Assembly: GCF_020745735.1 (NCBI RefSeq)
Contig: NC_083420.1
Span: 30,194,001 to 30,258,000, forward strand
Length of the DNA: 64,000 nt
Direction of reading: 5' to 3'
DNA from: Hemiscyllium ocellatum
Taxonomy: Eukaryota
The notes below the pieces were generated by a model. It made no database searches, was not told the DNA's origin, and saw only the letters and a program-made list of their open reading frames with translations. The position numbers and the translations under genes are program-made. Below, in pieces: positions 39,060-51,999 of the stretch. Positions within the stretch are counted from its first letter, which is position 1. Every line of letters starts with the position of its first letter.

Positions 39060-40860
39060 GGGAGTGAATGCAGACACATTTCAGATTCGTGGATAATCAC
39101 TGAGGCTGCTGCTTGTCCTGTAGGAGAGCGTGCCTGTCACAGTGTACCACTGCACCATGGGGAACTAAGATAATAAACAGGAACTGGAGGTCTGGCACTA
39201 CGAGAGAGGGAGGGGGGCAATGTAACAGGGGCACCTTTCTCTTCAGTGTCATTTCCTTCTGACGCAGGGCTCCATCTGACTGCTCCAGGCACTGGACTCC
39301 GTATCCACTAAATGTGCAACATTTACCAGCAATTATTCTATTGCATTGTCCAGCATTGGCACAGAGAGCTCTGATAACCTGGATGGTGCCATTACACAGC
39401 TGTCTGTCAGATTCAGCAGACATTTACAGTTGACAGTGACCCAGTTATCTTTGACCACTTGCCCGAAGAGTCCTGGCTCATTCGCCATTAGTGAACAGTC
39501 ACCTACAGGCCTCTTCACCTCTTCTTGTAGGCCCTCCCCTCAGGGTCAAGTCTCCCCACCCATCTCCTTTGGCTGCTTGATGCCCACCAGTCTAGTCTTC
39601 CTGTGCGAGCCGCTGCTTGTCTCCTCTGATGGCTTTGATTTCTGTGTACAGCATATTTCTCCAGCTTCTATTTTCCTGATGTCCAGGTAAAGAACAAACA
39701 GGTGATTCCACTGCCCCAGTACCCACACAGTGCCAGGTTATTATAAGAAGGTGATGATATTCCGAAAGTTCTGGCAAAGTTCGTCATTTTGGCTCCTTAA
39801 CGGAACTTTAACGGCAATTGGATAAACCTTGAAACTTTAGAAGCAATTTTCCAGACTTCTGCAAACTCTTGCCGACTCCAGGGCTCCTTGCTTCCATGTG
39901 ACCCAGCACCAAATAGCTGCTCATTGTTAAAAATTAAAAGAAACTTGCCAGCCACATTCTCATATGATCGTGATATGAAGTATATCCTTGGTTGGAGACG
40001 ACCAGCTCCTTTACCCTGCTCTCTGGAAAACGGAAGATAGTGGAAATGGAGGTGTGATTTCCTGCTGTGCAGATTAGTGACTATTTTCTTCTTGGTTCTG
40101 CCTCCATTCCTGTCTGGTTGGGGTGGGAAAAACCTGGGATTTGTCACCAGCATCCAAGTGATTCCCTTTTCTACAGTGACACCCTGATGAATGGGTATGG
40201 CATTGGGAAGGGGGTGAGGAAGCACCCACTGAGAGCCATCATCTGCCCTTTACTCTCCTTGGTGACCCGCTTCCTCACTAACTCCAAACCCACTCCAATT
40301 GGCTCATCCTGGGGATCCCATCATAATTCCTGAGGTGTGTATCACTGTAGTAGGGTTAAAAATCACACCACACCATGTGATAGTCCAACAGGTTTATGTG
40401 GAATTACAAGCTTTCGGAGAGCTGCTCCTTCGTCTGGTGGCTAGTGAAGTGGGATCATAGGACACAGAATTTATAACACAAGTTTATAGCGTCATACACT
40501 GATGTGATATATTGTAATAGGGGCCACAGCAACTGGCTCTGGCAGTGTGGCCTGCAACAGAGACCTGCCGGATTCTGATTGACAAGCTGCTCTGGAGGTC
40601 TTTAAAAACAACTTGCCTGCTTCCATCCAATTGTCCAGTTACATATTTGTGGTCTTACGATTTTAATTCATCCAATGTGATTGGGGGGCGATCTAATGGT
40701 TTCATCATCTGCCAAGTCTCTGTCTTTGTTGTGGATGGGGAGTGAGGAGTCTACCTACTCACCACTGAAAACACATCAGCTGGGGGCATGTGATATCTGG
40801 CAATTGCTCCTTCATCATATGAGATGGTCCATGTATTAACCAACACACTTCAGCTTGGGG
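39060..40860 (-). mobile_element. unclassified GC-richer decayed coding-like element, possibly Myb/SANT-bearing
   Basis: Several overlapping broken ORFs; minus frame …PRIYF…EQLFG…RQEFAEVWKIASKVS weakly resembles a Myb/SANT-like domain. Confidence 0.25.
40352..40515 (-). mobile_element. Penelope-derived single arm with hammerhead core
   Basis: Same family as 38139-38708; minus strand reads CAGACGA-AGGAGCAGCTCTCC-GAAAGCTT. Confidence 0.7.
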
Positions 40861-41713
40861 TGAAGGGCTTAAAAATAGAAGGCAAAAAAACAAACAAAAT
40901 TAAAAGAAAAAATCCATGTGGCAATTTTCTGTGGTTAGCAACATGAATATTCAAATAAGCTAATATCTTAATTTTGTCTACTGTTTTATGCATGCTTTTA
41001 ATCAGCTTGGTGTATTGTGGTCATCACAAATCCAAATACAAATTAAGGGTGTTTAGCTCAGTGCATTTTAATTTGTTTCTTACTATTTTCTATCAGAGGG
41101 ATTAATGTGAAAAAGAAAACAAATGAAGTGTTTTAATTCTTCAAGTCTTAGAACTCAGAAACAAAGTCTTAAGAATAACTTTTGGTTTGAAGGTGACTTT
41201 AACATGTGAGAATGGTACTCAGTGCTCTGGATGCCAGGATAGCATAGCAGGTTACTTATAAATTGAAAAAAAAACATATACTTTTTGCTTCAGTGTGCTT
41301 TCTTGGTGATTAATTTTAAATGTGAAAACAGAAAGTGTCATAAATATATTGGAGGCCCATTAATAGAATGACGTGTTTATACTATGCATATATCACCCAT
41401 AAAAAAACAATAATTTAACCCTTCTATAGCCTGCCCTGACTACTCTTCAGTTTTTTTTAAAAACTTATTCTCCCTGAATGAATAATTTGCCTGGACTAGC
41501 TTGATTTCTAAGATCTTGATAATTTCAACAGTGGCTATCTCTCTTGAAGTGGTTAAAGAAACTGCATCTCAATATATTGTACAATGATGCTGCTTCATTA
41601 AGATGCATTGAACACATTCATATTGGAATAATTATTATTTAACAGTCAACATGTGCATTTATATTAGCCCTGCCATTTTGAATACCACGTTCAGGTATTT
41701 AGAATACCAACTG

Positions 41714-42063
41714 AAAGCAATCACACATATACTTCCGCTGATGGGTGAGTGCCGAACCAGAGGACACAGCTTAAAAATACGGGGTAAACCATTTAGGACA
41801 GAGATGAGGAGAAACTTCTTCACCCAGAGAGTGGTGGCTGTGTGGAATGCTCTGCCCCAGAGGGCAGTGGAGGCCCAGTCTCTGGATTCATTTAAGAAAT
41901 AGTTGGATAGAACTCTCAAAGATAGTGGAATCAAGGGTTATGGAGATAAGGCAGGAAGCGGATACTGATTAGGAATGATCAGCCATGATCATATTGAATG
42001 GCGGTGCAGGCTCAAAGGGCTGAATGGCCTACTCCTGCACCTATTGTCTATTGTCTGTTGTCT
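41714..42063 (+). mobile_element. young 5'-truncated CR1 with target-site duplication
   Basis: RTRGHSLKIRGKPFRTEMRRNFFTQRVVAVWNALP; tail (ATTGTCT)n; TSD ATACCAACTG at 41704-41713 and 42064-42073. Confidence 0.93.
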
Positions 42064-44309
42064 ATACCAACTGCATGAGCTATGATTCAAGAGCAGAGTT
42101 GGGAGAATCTCAAATGTGTGAACTTGATTTTTGAAATGGTTACCGAGATGTTGTATTTTTGATCTTGGGGAAGAGGGGTGGGATGTGCGAAGTTCTGTGG
42201 AAGTGATAGACAGTGGGGTAAATGTGAGCTACATTCAAACTGGAGAACAGAAGATGCCAGGTACATATGTACATTGGACAAAGCATCCGACTCCATGCTC
42301 TGACATTGTATCAAAGGTGCAGAAAATACAATTAACTATGATTGAAAGGTTTGCCATCATGGTAAAGGTTGAGACCATTATCTTGAATGATATCTCCACT
42401 TGTGTTACTGCAATTTCAAATATATTTAATTTAGTCTCCCCGTGAACAAAGTTTTACTTCAACTGCATGCACAATACAATTGGAGTACTCAAGGAAATTA
42501 TCCAAATGGAGTGTTTGATTTCATTTTCTCCATATGATTGTATTACTCAGGATCTTCAGGAACTGTAAGAGATTGCAGACTGTAAACAACAAACAGGAGT
42601 GTAAATTGTTTCTTACCTTGATCACTAAAATATAATCATGCTGGAAAATTGCAATCATCAGTGGGAATGGATTATGCTACTATTACTGTAGGCGAAATTC
42701 TGATTTATCTCCCCACCTTCAGAAAGTAACATCCCAAATGAGCTTCCAAAACCAAGCAATTAATAATGAAGTACTGTGATGTTTATTTTTACTATGACAG
42801 GTCTTCTTTAGTTTATTTGCCTGCAAGTAAGGAAGTGCCTTTTCGTAACTCTAGAGATGCAACTTAATTGTTTGCCTCATTTTGCCTTTAGCTTCACTTC
42901 TGTAAAACTTAATGAGATCTCATTACATTTGATTTAGTGCTAATCAGAACCTCGCAGATTCTCAAAAATTGGAGTCCCTCTCAGCACTGCGTAAATTGGG
43001 GCCCTGGCTTTATTATGTGGATGGATTGTGATTGATGGTTAATCAATTTCTTTAATTTGGCTTCACTCACCTCAGCAGAGGAATAGATCATCAACCTTTG
43101 AATCCCACTGCCTGAGGAGTGGGTAAAAAATTGTTTTCAAGCTCATTTTTAAAACAAACGTTGTGACCAGAAATCTCAAGCAAGAAAGAGTTAGCAGAAA
43201 GTTGATTGAATTCTAATTTTGTGAGAATATTTCTCAACCTAATTTCCCGCCTTCTCTATTCTTCCAGGCTAATCTTGATGGAATTGCATGTATAAAATGT
43301 CTTCCTCAATTGTATAGCATAATAAGGGGTTAATTTCTTCATCAGTGTCTAATACTATGCTAATGGTTTGAGCATAATAGTTTAATGTATAAAGAATAGG
43401 TCGCCACTGTAGGTTGAGACTCTCACTGACCTGTTAGGAGAGAGTTAAATATTTTAACAATTAAAGTGGAGTAGGAGACTGAATCACTTTTTTCACCCTG
43501 ATGTGTGTGTTATACTGAAATCAATAGAAATTATGGTGATGCATCTGCTCACCTGAGTCTAACATCATTCTTATAAAAGGCTGCAGCCTTGAATGAACAT
43601 TGAAAAGAGAGGCCTGACACACTACAGCAGAGAATGTTATTTGAACTTCCACGATGTAAGGATGTAGATGAAGAACTAATGCAGTGTATATGTTGTTGAA
43701 GAGCTTTACTTAGAAGTAAGCAGCAAGTAGCAACAGCTCAGAAATACTCTAGTGTAGTATCTCAATGTGGTATTTTCTTAAAACTAAGGAGAATGGGGAG
43801 GATAGAAAAACTTCCAGATTCAGAATTTGAAGTTAAAATAGAGTCCAAAAGACACAGATATAAAAGGGAGACTACAAAGGCAGAACAGGACTGCAGAAGA
43901 CTTCAAAGGTGCGACTGAGTACAAAGTGGAAAGGCTCCAAAGGCAGACCAAGATCATGGAAAACTTTGAGAACAAATACAAAAGATTAGAAGGTTCTCAA
44001 ATATAGAAAAATGGCCTCAGAAGACTTTGACTAAATGGCAGGAAAATTCTGAACTTCAGAAGACTCCAAAGCCCAGCCACGAGATGGTAATATGCTGGAG
44101 ACTGAAAGAAATAAGATCAGAGAGTTTTGACAGTGACAAGAAAAATTCCAAAATTCCAGATCAGTCAGGCATGACAGTCAATAGGAAAGGAAGTACTGGT
44201 TGAGGACTCATCATAAATTTAACCATGTGATAATGTGAAAAGCTGAAAAAGAGACCAAAAATGGGAGCTTAGAGCAACAATTTCAGTGCAATAGAATAGC
44301 TTCAGGCTT

Positions 44310-44655
44310 ATATGGGGAAGCAATGGCCTAGTGGTGTTATTGTTAGATGGTTATGCCTGAGACCTGGGTGATCTGGGTTTCAACCCCAGCATAGCAGATG
44401 GTGGAAGTTGAATTCAATTTTTAAAAACATCTGGAATTACGCATCTAATAATGATAATGAATCTATTGCTGATTATCAGAAAAAATCTGTCTGATTCACT
44501 AATGTCATTTCGGAAAGGAATCTGTCATCCTTATCTGATCTGGCCTACCTGTGACTCTAGACACACTGCAAAGTGGTACACTTTGGGCAATTAGGAATGG
44601 GCATTAACTGCTGGCCTAGCCAGTGACACCCTCATCCCATGAATGAATTATTAAA
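44310..44655 (+). mobile_element. tRNA-derived SINE (Deu/SacSINE-like) inserted in Gypsy
   Basis: A-box-like TGGCCTAGTGG, B-box-like GGTTTCAACCC, 3' tail GGGCAATTAGG…CATCCCATGAATGAAT shared with the LINE family at 4445. Confidence 0.65.
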
Positions 44656-45737
44656 AAGTGCATAGAAGCATCGCATTTAAGTCAGCACATATTTACATGT
44701 TGTAGTTGCAACAGCTGATGACGTTCTGGTAGCATGGCAGAAAGTGGAGTGTGCTGCATTGACTACAGCATTCAATGCGTACTTTAGTTCCAAAGGGAAT
44801 TGAATGAAAGGATAGGTGTGATTTAAACAACAGTTTTAGTATGTGAGAGAATTATTAGGATTAGTTATGCATTTGTATCATCCAGCAAGGTAATGTGGGT
44901 AGAGAGCTTTGAAGGATGAATTAATTAGTGCCTGGATAGTAGTCAGTGTCAAGGGTTACACGTTATCAGACTTCCTTCAATCTGTGAAGGAGTTAATGCT
45001 GGGACATACACTTAAAACTGACAGAAATCAGGGGTCAGAGTCAATCAGTACTGCAAGGAAACGTTGAGTATCCTTCTGACAAATCAGATGTGTTGGCACC
45101 ATGATGACTTCATGCCCTTCTGAATACCTTCAAAAATGCCAACAGCAAGGGAATCAATGTCATTGATCCTGTTGTGTTGTACAAGATGTGGTTCCAATCT
45201 GAATCACTGGTACAATTAAATGTCCAGCAGGAACAATGGAATGATCTAAGCATGGCAGTGGGACACTTTAGAATGCACTGTAAGTTAACAGCTTCATCAC
45301 TTTCAAAACAAAGAAAACATCCTGCAAAAGGAAAATTTACAGAAAAGTTGATATCATTAAGTAAGGAAAAAGTTCAAGAAGTTGAAAACACAGAACGAAA
45401 GGTGAAGACAACATTCCTGGGGGAGATCAAAGACAGTCAGAATATCAGCTTGAAGGTACAAGGCTTTGAAATAGAATTTAAACACAAGACAGGAGCTGCT
45501 GTTTCAGCATTAGCAGACAGCTTTCCAAGGTTGAAGTATGTGAGAGTCAGATCAGCAAACATAAAGCTCCAAATCCAGGCAGCACAGACTTTCAGATACA
45601 TAAACAAATCACTATAAAGCTCAGTCAGACAGGATGAAACGTCAATAAGACATTATGTATACTGAGGGACCAGAACACCTCTGGCTGAGCAGAAATATAA
45701 ATATTCATCTCGGTTTCTGAGAGAGAAGATAAGAGAC

Positions 45738-45992
45738 ATGGCACAGTGGGTCAGTGGTTAGGGTGCTGCCTCATCGTGCTACGGTCATGGGTTCGATTCC
45801 AACCTCGGGTGACTACCTACTTGGAGTTTGCACCTTCTGCCTGGGTTTGCTCTGGTTTCCAAAGATGTCCAGATTAAATGGATCGGTCATGGGAAATGAA
45901 GAGTTACAGGGATAGAGTGGTGGGACATTCTTTGGAGGATCAGTGTGGATTTGGTGGGCTGAATGGTGTGCTTCCACACTGTAGGGATTCTT
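45738..45992 (+). mobile_element. HE1-type V-SINE (decayed) inserted in Gypsy
   Basis: tRNA head with GGTTCGATTCC; tail CCACACTGTAGGGATTCT. Confidence 0.85.
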
Positions 45993-48313
45993 TGAGGAAT
46001 TCCAGCACTAATTTCCAAAATGATTGAAAGGTTTCAATACATTGAAGCAGGTTTATCATATGAAGGTGCTGACCTCATCTGCTTGCATTCCCAGGAAATG
46101 TCTTCATCTATTGATGAGGTAAGTAAAACCTTGGTTAGCCAGCATGAGTTAAAGTGAGGCTAGACCATTAGTGACAGAATCAACATCACAGTGCTACTGT
46201 TCCTAAGAAAAATTGAGTACTAGGACTGTTTGTGTGGATCTCCCTTAATTAAAGAAAGTAGTCAGAAGGAAAATCCATTCCATTGCATTTGTTGATTATA
46301 GCTTGAGAAAATTGGTGGAGATTTTCTAAATGAAAATGTCTTGAATCCTGGAAAGGAAACAAAATTACCAGTAGTCTAAAATGACAATTACATTCTTGGA
46401 TTCATTATCCAAAAATAAGGCATCATGATGGATCCAAGGATGTCAAGAGCCATCAGTAAATCTCTGGCACCAAAATGCCCAGTTCTTGTTAGGCACAGCA
46501 AATCAAGTGGGAAAGGTTATCCTTAACTTAGTCAGTCTTACTCAACGGAGAACTGGTTGAAGAAAGGCCAGCAATAGTCAGGAACAGACTACAGTTTTTG
46601 TGAAGATTGAAGAGACGCTATTTTTAACTGACGTTTAATACATTACAATCCAACAATGTTCATTAAAGTAGCAGCAGATGCATCATCCACAAGAATAGCT
46701 ACAGTCCTGATTCAAGTGCAAACTGAAGGAACATGACAAGAGGTCAATTTTAGGTCAAGAACTTTGACAGAGCCTGAACAGAGGTACACCACTGCAGAGA
46801 AGGAAACATTAGAAGTTACATGGGATGTGACAGGTTTGCAGACTGGTTCATGAGACTGAAATGCCAGGTCAAGATGAGCCACAAGCTTTTGGCAATATTA
46901 TTGGGATCAAAGGAAATCTCAAAAATGCCTTTACTTATTCAAAGGTTCAGGCTGAGGCTGATGACATATGAGAGTAGTATGTTCCATGTTTTCAGCAAGG
47001 TACATTAACAGCAGATATAATCTCAAGGGCAACAGTGGATTGAACAGAAGGAAAGAGGTTATTCTTATAGAAGAAGTAGAGTCTTATTTTGCAGCTCTAA
47101 CCAACGCTTTCCCAGCAACGGAGGGAAAATTTAAATGAATCTGTCCAGCTCAAAACTCGAGCAAGAGTTTCACAAAGGATTTCGCTGATTTCTTGCGCTA
47201 GCCTGATTGTTCAGGACCCGGCAAGTTTCCACCCATAAAACTTGTGTGGTAGTAATTATTTCTCCTGGCATGTTTCTCTGCATGAGCATTTGTTTTTCTT
47301 ATTTTAAAATGTCTGCAGTATCTGAATGCTGCTGTGATCTCTTTCCCTTGATGTCTTTTACTTTTGTAAATAGCAAAGTTTTTTTTATTTTCTTTGACTT
47401 AAAACTTTTGAACTGCACAATAAACCAATGCTGAATTATTTTTCTTCTTTTAAAGTGATTATTTCTGTTAACTAATAATGTTGAGTTACTATACTGCTAA
47501 TTGGGAGTATTCCCTTTTTCTGATCAAAAAGGTTTCTTGCCTTCTGCAGGTAAATTGGCCCAAGTCTCATGTCTCATGGATGTCACATAGCATGTCCATT
47601 CCCACAATCTCTCTCAATAAACCCTTGTGCCTGCTACCTTAATGAATTCCTCCTACCAGGACCGTGGATAAATTATTGCTCTCCTTCTCTCATTGCAACC
47701 TTATAGAATCTAAGTGCCTTCTGTTAGGATCCATCTGCTTTTACTTTTAATTTGTCCCTTTTGCTGCCTTAGTTCTGTTTTGCACTGTTCCTGATGTTGT
47801 GACCTTGGTATAAAGTAGTCTAAAGTACTAGAGCTATACCTCATGCCATCCTCTCACTCTGGTGGTAATACTCTCTGTGAGCTATAAGTACACCTATTTT
47901 TACTTCTACCCTCAGAGCCTGTTTTTGTGCCTTTAATTTAAATTCTTATTCTTTCCCAAAGAAGATATTAACTTTACTCACAGAGGTCCAACACTTTGAC
48001 TGCTTTGTTGAACCTTTAACTTGGAAGGATCCTGTAGAGCCTCTTGATGGAAACTGTAGTTGTCAGGTGTGACTAGTCTTTAAGCTCTTTAATTCCCACA
48101 CTCCTTCTTCTGCACTTCTTACAAAGTCTGAGCCTGTAGCACTGTTGTTCCCTTGTTGGTCTATCCCAGGATTCCTGCTAACTGACTGTTTGCTCAAGCA
48201 CTTGAAACCACTGACTGTCCCTGTGCTAAAGTGGTGAAGTCTTTAAAGCTGTGAAAGCACTTGATCTTCTGAGAATGTATTCTCTTGAATATACCTTGCG
48301 GTCTTAAGCATTG

Positions 48314-48728
48314 ACTCTCACCATTGATCACCATGTTGTATCTGTCGGTGGAAGTATTCCCTTTACGGGGTCTTAAAGGATCTACTTGATTTACAGTAGT
48401 TGAGAAACAACAACTAATAAGTCTTAGCAAAAAGTTACTCTTGACTTAACAAGATGTAGTTGATTGCATGAGAGTAATGTGTAAGAAGTTACTTTAGTTA
48501 ATTAGGCATTGTTACTTAAAACCATTGGGACTCATTTCCTGCAGTCAGCCCTACCCCAGCTCAAGACCATACTCTCCCAGACAGACAAGGGACCTCTGCT
48601 CTCTGCTCGACGAAGATACTCATCTGCCCCATTCATAGCTATTCTCCTGATTTCCCTATGCAAGCCTATATATCATCATCAAACTGGGTGGAGCTAAATA
48701 CAATCTCCAACATTACCATATTATAACA
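48314..48728 (-). mobile_element. LTR (48334-48728) plus PBS-like tract
   Basis: Minus strand TGTTATA…TACAACA termini, immediately followed by TGGTGATCAATGGTGAG, which resembles a tRNA-Leu PBS. Confidence 0.45.
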
Positions 48729-48758
48729 ATGTTTTCAGAGATGGCAAACAAGGCAAAG

Positions 48759-49067
48759 ATTAGATTACTTACAATGTGGAAACAGGCCCTTCGGCCCAAC
48801 AAGTCCACACCGACCCGCCGAAGCGCAACCCACCCAGACCCCCTATATTTACCACTTACCTAACACTACGGGCAATTTAGCATGGCCAATTCACCTGACC
48901 AGCACATCTTTGGACTGTGGGAGGAAACCGGAGCACCCGGAGGAAACCCACGCAGACACAGGGAGAATGTGCAAACTCCACACAGTCAGTCGCCTGAGTC
49001 GGGAATTGAACCCAGGTCCCTGGCGCTGTGAGGCAGCAGTGCTAACCATTGTGCCACCGTGCCGCCC
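48759..49067 (-). mobile_element. young HE1-type V-SINE
   Basis: Near-consensus copy; short flanking repeat CAAAG. Confidence 0.96.
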
Positions 49068-49999
49068 CAAAGGATTACCCTTTAAGTGAGATTATAGTGA
49101 GAGTTGCAGAGGAGGTGATTGGCCACAGATCACTGAAGTAGTAGAAGTAACTGTGACTATCTTGAGGGATAATGGGTGAGTTGGATACTGTCACTGTGAA
49201 TATTTTGGCCATTCTAAATTAAAATGAGTAGCGCTTATCCAGGCAGAGGCCTCTTGAAACGGCTCAAGCGATTGGCTGACAATATCCATTGGTGAGTATA
49301 TCTATCTCCCTCTTTGACCCGGTATCTCTAACTGAGGGGGGGAAGGTTCAAGTTGAAGTGCTGTGTAAAATACTTTGTTTTATGTGTCAAAGTGGACCCT
49401 GGCTCAAAGTTTGCTGTTAAGCCTCCTCTGCATATCTGAAATAACAAAGAGTACATGGCTAGCTTCCTTAGCTGTGGGAACTTTTACTATTCTATACCAC
49501 AATGAGTCCCACCACAAAAACAGTCCTTCCTGAAACAACATTATGTTCGCAAAAATGTGGTGGAGGTTAAATGTAACTAGTCAAAAGTAGAAACATTCTC
49601 AGGAAAGTCGTCATCAAAAAACTGAGAGCTATGTTCTTCTGACACAGAAGAGCTAGTGAAAATATCTTCAGTTACCAAGGAGGCTGCCAAGCTACAAAAC
49701 TGCTCTGGGAGAAGTATATTCCTGGTTCACTCCATCCGTCATGAGGAAAGATACATCGATGACCATTCATTAAGTGGCCAGCATTGACTCAGAAATGGGA
49801 ATCGGAATACATGGAAAAACCCAATACAGACACCTTGGATGGATTGGCTTTCTGTTCTGCAATGAGCCTATGATTCAATGTCCAAGTTAAATTCAGCTCT
49901 CTAATTTCGAAGTATTAACAGTTCCTTTCCTTCAATTCTTCAGATTTATTCCATTGGGCTCTCACTCTTGTGTTTTCAACTAAATTCCCATCTAAAACT

Positions 50000-50770
50000 A
50001 TTCTATTGAACATGATATTGTTCATCTCATTGCCAATGGTTCACCTCCTCATGATCTCATGCTGTTCTGTGAAGTTTGTTGCAAAGTATTTGTTTAATAT
50101 AATGTTATAATAATCATCTATAAATAATAGACCTTTTTTCATAGAACTCATCTCACTTTTAGAAGCTCTAATTTTTATTGATGTGCTTTCAAAATACTTC
50201 ATTGATTTTTGAAGCTTTTATTATTATTAGTTTCTTAATTCCATATTCTTCTGTCAAAAGCTTCCCATTGCCCGAATTCCTTGTATCTGGTTCATTTGTC
50301 TCATCAATCATATGTGCCACAATTGTAAAAAGATTCTATGAAGTTTGAAAAATACAATTGTCCCTTTTGAAGTTGCTGTCACCTACATAATTTTTCCACA
50401 TTCAGATATAAAGTAATTTCATCCCTATATAGAGACCCTAAGATTTTTTTCATCATAAATATTAAGCAAACAGGTTTGTAATGACTAAGAGCAGTCTGAC
50501 TCTTCTATTTAAAAATCAGCTATAGAATGTACACTTTCCAGTCCTCCGGGACCCATTCAATGTTCACAGACTTCTGAAATACAATTTCTTAGAACACAAC
50601 AATTTTTCCTGTTATGCCCTTTAGAAATCTGCAATGTATCTTCTCAGGAAAGGATACTTTATCTTTCTTTCGACTAACTAACTTCCATTCTTTTGACTCT
50701 GCTTCTACTGGAAAAAATAAGTGTTATGGTGATGTATGTTCTTTCATTTTCACTGTCTTTGTGAAAGTGC
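50000..50770 (-). mobile_element. old CR1 ORF2 fragment
   Basis: Minus strand about 50650-50530 reads PEKIHCRFLKGITGKIV…IVFQKS…VPEDWK, the CR1 RT-linker pattern. Confidence 0.6.
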
Positions 50771-51999
50771 AACAAATCTACATTACCTTGCATTTTCAGA
50801 TATTGAAATATATTGCTGCTTTTTCCAGTTTTCCAATACTTTGCTGTCATTTTGTTGCTCTCTATGAAAACACTTGAAGATGGTGATAGAGAAGTGGTTA
50901 TGAATTGTGACAATGCCTGATCCAAGGTTGATAACAAAAATGTTAACTAGAAATTTGAGAACTTTGGTTTGAAGATGTATATATTTGTTCTCAAATTTTG
51001 TACGAGATACAGTGTCACTGGCCGATTAGCAAGATGACTAACCAATGGAGGTTTGGGATGGGCTGACCATTGTCTATCAACAATGAAATGACCTATAAGG
51101 GAGTCCACTCTGAAGGCCTAGAATAACCTGGAGGAGGAAGCAAATGAATATAGCAGATGCCAACATTGACTGCCATATTTTGTGTGCTGTATTTGCCCTT
51201 AATACATAACAAATCATGACAAGTAACAGCTGCTTTTATTTCAATATTTCATTGTTGAATACTTCAAATGCCAAACTGCAGTATGCTTGAAAATGCGGTT
51301 AAAAGATACCAAAAAGAGTTAGTCAACATAGACATCCCTCAAATCCATTTGGGAATAACTGTAACATCATCAACATTTACATCTACGTTTGAAATATTCT
51401 CATCTTTTCTTTGTGACGGTTGCTATGTGCTTGGGATTGGCTGTAGTTTATTTGAATTATGAGGAGTTCATGTCTTCTTGCTGCCCAACTTTAACTACTT
51501 TAGCTCTGCCACAGGTGAGGGCATTGAATTTAATTTTCTATCACTTTCCATCATTCTCGGTTTCTTGTAGTCATTGGCTCAGATTTTCACTGAGTTTTGT
51601 TCATGGGTAGTAGCCTGAAGCAAGAGTAAATCCTTCACTGCTCTTGCAATTACTCCACTTGTCAGCAGTGAACACAACAGACTATAATCTGGAAGATTTA
51701 TAATTTTCTGCTGAAAGCAAAGGGAGAGAAGAGGTGAAAATGATCTTTGTCAAAAGTGCATAATTAGGGATAGTGCATCAGTAATTCTGTTTTACACTTT
51801 CCCTGAAAAAAATTGAGTCAGGAGGAAAATAGACTGTTGAGGCATGATCACTCATTCTGGGGTATGACAGGACCAAGTACATTCAAATTTCTCTGGTTCC
51901 CTCCACAGCCAATTTGTTTGATGATCATACAGTAAGTTTAGTTTCACACACATGTTATTTAATAACTGAACGATTATGTTTTATATCTGTTGCAAGCAT

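Larger units (their letters stand above)
43509..47160 (+). mobile_element. decayed Gypsy LTR retrotransposon (LTR, gag, protease, partial RT, RNase H)
   Basis: LTR-like start TGTTATA with TATAAAA at 43573; gag DELI…IVV near 44915; protease FKHKTGAAVS near 45480; RT VCVDL near 46228; RNase H ADASS…SRTLTEPEQRY..AEKE.L…W.CDRF and IQRFRLRLMTY. Confidence 0.85.
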
